From positions 372,085-436,084 of the forward strand of contig NW_027192205.1 of NCBI RefSeq assembly GCF_041956535.1: a stretch of 64,000 nucleotides of DNA, written 5' to 3'. Positions 62,610 to 64,000 of this stretch are shown here, one piece after another. The stretch comes from Calcarisporiella thermophila CBS 279.70. Taxonomy: Eukaryota; Fungi; Calcarisporiellomycota. The position numbers and the translations under genes are program-made. The notes below the pieces were generated by a model. It was given only the letters and a program-made list of their open reading frames with translations. It was not told the DNA's origin and ran no database searches. How positions within the stretch are numbered: position 1 is the stretch's first letter; every line of letters starts with the position of its first letter.

Positions 62610-63092
62610 TGAGATGATGCTAAGCTCGATAGTTGCAAGCATCCTTTGTAGAGCTTATAGATAAGCTGTCCTAGATTATAGACAAATTTTTGTATTTATG
62701 ATGTTCTTATTTGTTTAAATACTTTCAATTAGAATGCATGTTAGAATAACACTACTTTAGCAAATGCATGATCAACCTCACCATAGAAATAAACTATTTT
62801 AGTCCAAACCACTTAGAAAATCCCAGTTTGCCCATGACATATTGGTTTGAGCACGAACCTCAAAAGGTAAATCCTTTTATCATGTCACACTTTATCCTAT
62901 GGTCACAAGAGACGTTGCGTTGATAGGTTAAGGAGATACCCTTAGCATATCAATGGGCTCCGAATTTTCAGATGTATGGCGAAACATTCATAGGAGCGTT
63001 GTTTAATATTTCCGAGATCGAAAAAAATATCCAATTTTGAGCAACAAAAAAAAAGTCCAACAGAAGAGCATTTAAAGACACGTGTTTTTGAA

Positions 63093-64000
63093 CTACTTCT
63101 TTGACAGTTTCCGCAATAACAGTTTGATAACCCGTTTCCCAGCACGCAGGTTTTGCAAGCGAATTCGCTCGTTATTCAAATGCGCCTGATCGGACGATTG
63201 GCCCATGGGAAGATGTACGGCGGCTGCGCCAAAGGTTTTTTCCAACCAGCGAACTGCGGGAATAGAGCCTCCCTCGCGGCAAAAGAAGGGTTTGATACCC
63301 CATTCCTCCTCAATTGCGTCCGCAGTAGCTTTGAAAAATTCGTTTTCGGGATCGCCTAACCACCAGTCGGCTACATTCCGGAATTCAATCTACTCCCCAA
63401 CCCAGCGTCAGTGTCACACATATAATGAGTGGATCCAATCTAATGGCCTCATACCTTTAAACTATTATTCGATTCGAGCTCAGTGAACTGCAGCTGCACA
63501 TATTGCTTAAATTGCTCGATCACATCCGCGAGTCGCTGGTCCGGCACCACCCGCATACTGACTGCCGCACGCGCACTTCGGGGAATCACCGTGGGATTAT
63601 TAGGCCCACTGACGTCGATTTTGTGGATAGTAAGAGCAGGACGACGCCAACGCTTCATTATCTCTTGTTTGATATCGTCGGGGTGGGTTGCATTTACGAA
63701 ATAGGGATATTTCTGGTTACTACGTCCAGAAAGAAACAAACGGTTTAAGCTACAAGGTTCAGATGCACTACAAAGCATGCGCACACTTTACCTTCGCATC
63801 CAAGAAATGATCGGATCATAGAGCTTCTCTTCATTTTCCGAAAGGGACCGAACATTATTGTAAAATCCCGGTATAAGAACTTCGTTTTTTTCGGTCACCA
63901 CACGCGATAGTACGCGTATCATGTCGATGAGGGGCTCCGAGACTGCACCCCCCTCTACCCCGGAGTGAAGATCTGCGCGCTGACTTGTGATCTCAAGGGT
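63093..64000 (-). CDS. DUG2: 3' part of a Dug2-like M20 peptidase (glutathione degradation); runs off the right edge
   Basis: ADLHSGVEGGAVSEPLIDM, KRWRRPALTIHKI, AAVSMRVVPDQ, REGGSIPAVRWLEK, and HLPMGQSSDQAHLNNERIRL.NL. Confidence 0.88.

Overview
Gene-dense, AT-rich eukaryotic DNA with many short spliceosomal introns, mostly about 50-110 nt. It most likely comes from an early-diverging fungus. Retention of a CENP-C/Mif2 gene argues against Mucorales/Umbelopsidales, which are reported to lack it (inference). I reconstructed about 32 protein-coding genes by hand, mostly housekeeping: MFSD1-like transporter, CUE-domain protein, DBP7, ERG10-type thiolase, MIF2, DCN1-like, VTC4-like, ARF1, mL57, RGD1-like, SQT1, RPS4, peflin, PDI-like, HSF-type factor, RPP1, GAR1, ZDS-like, BYE1 and partial DUG2. 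I saw no intact transposon, tRNA, rRNA or CRISPR array. The most notable observations are: (1) BYE1 carries an unusually long, highly structured 454-nt intron with a cryptic poison acceptor and C/D-like boxes, plus an apparent +1 frameshift with no intron to explain it; (2) a TFIIB-family gene with Brf2-like rather than Brf1 signatures; (3) a CENP-C whose CENP-A-binding motif looks eroded; (4) a BRE/BABAM2-like gene; (5) a six-exon bacterial-type YdcZ/DUF606 transporter missed by the ORF track; (6) a 4-nt microexon in the thiolase; (7) several GC-AG introns; (8) a Vtc4 lacking the cationic channel residues. All homology calls come from motif recognition by eye, not database searches.
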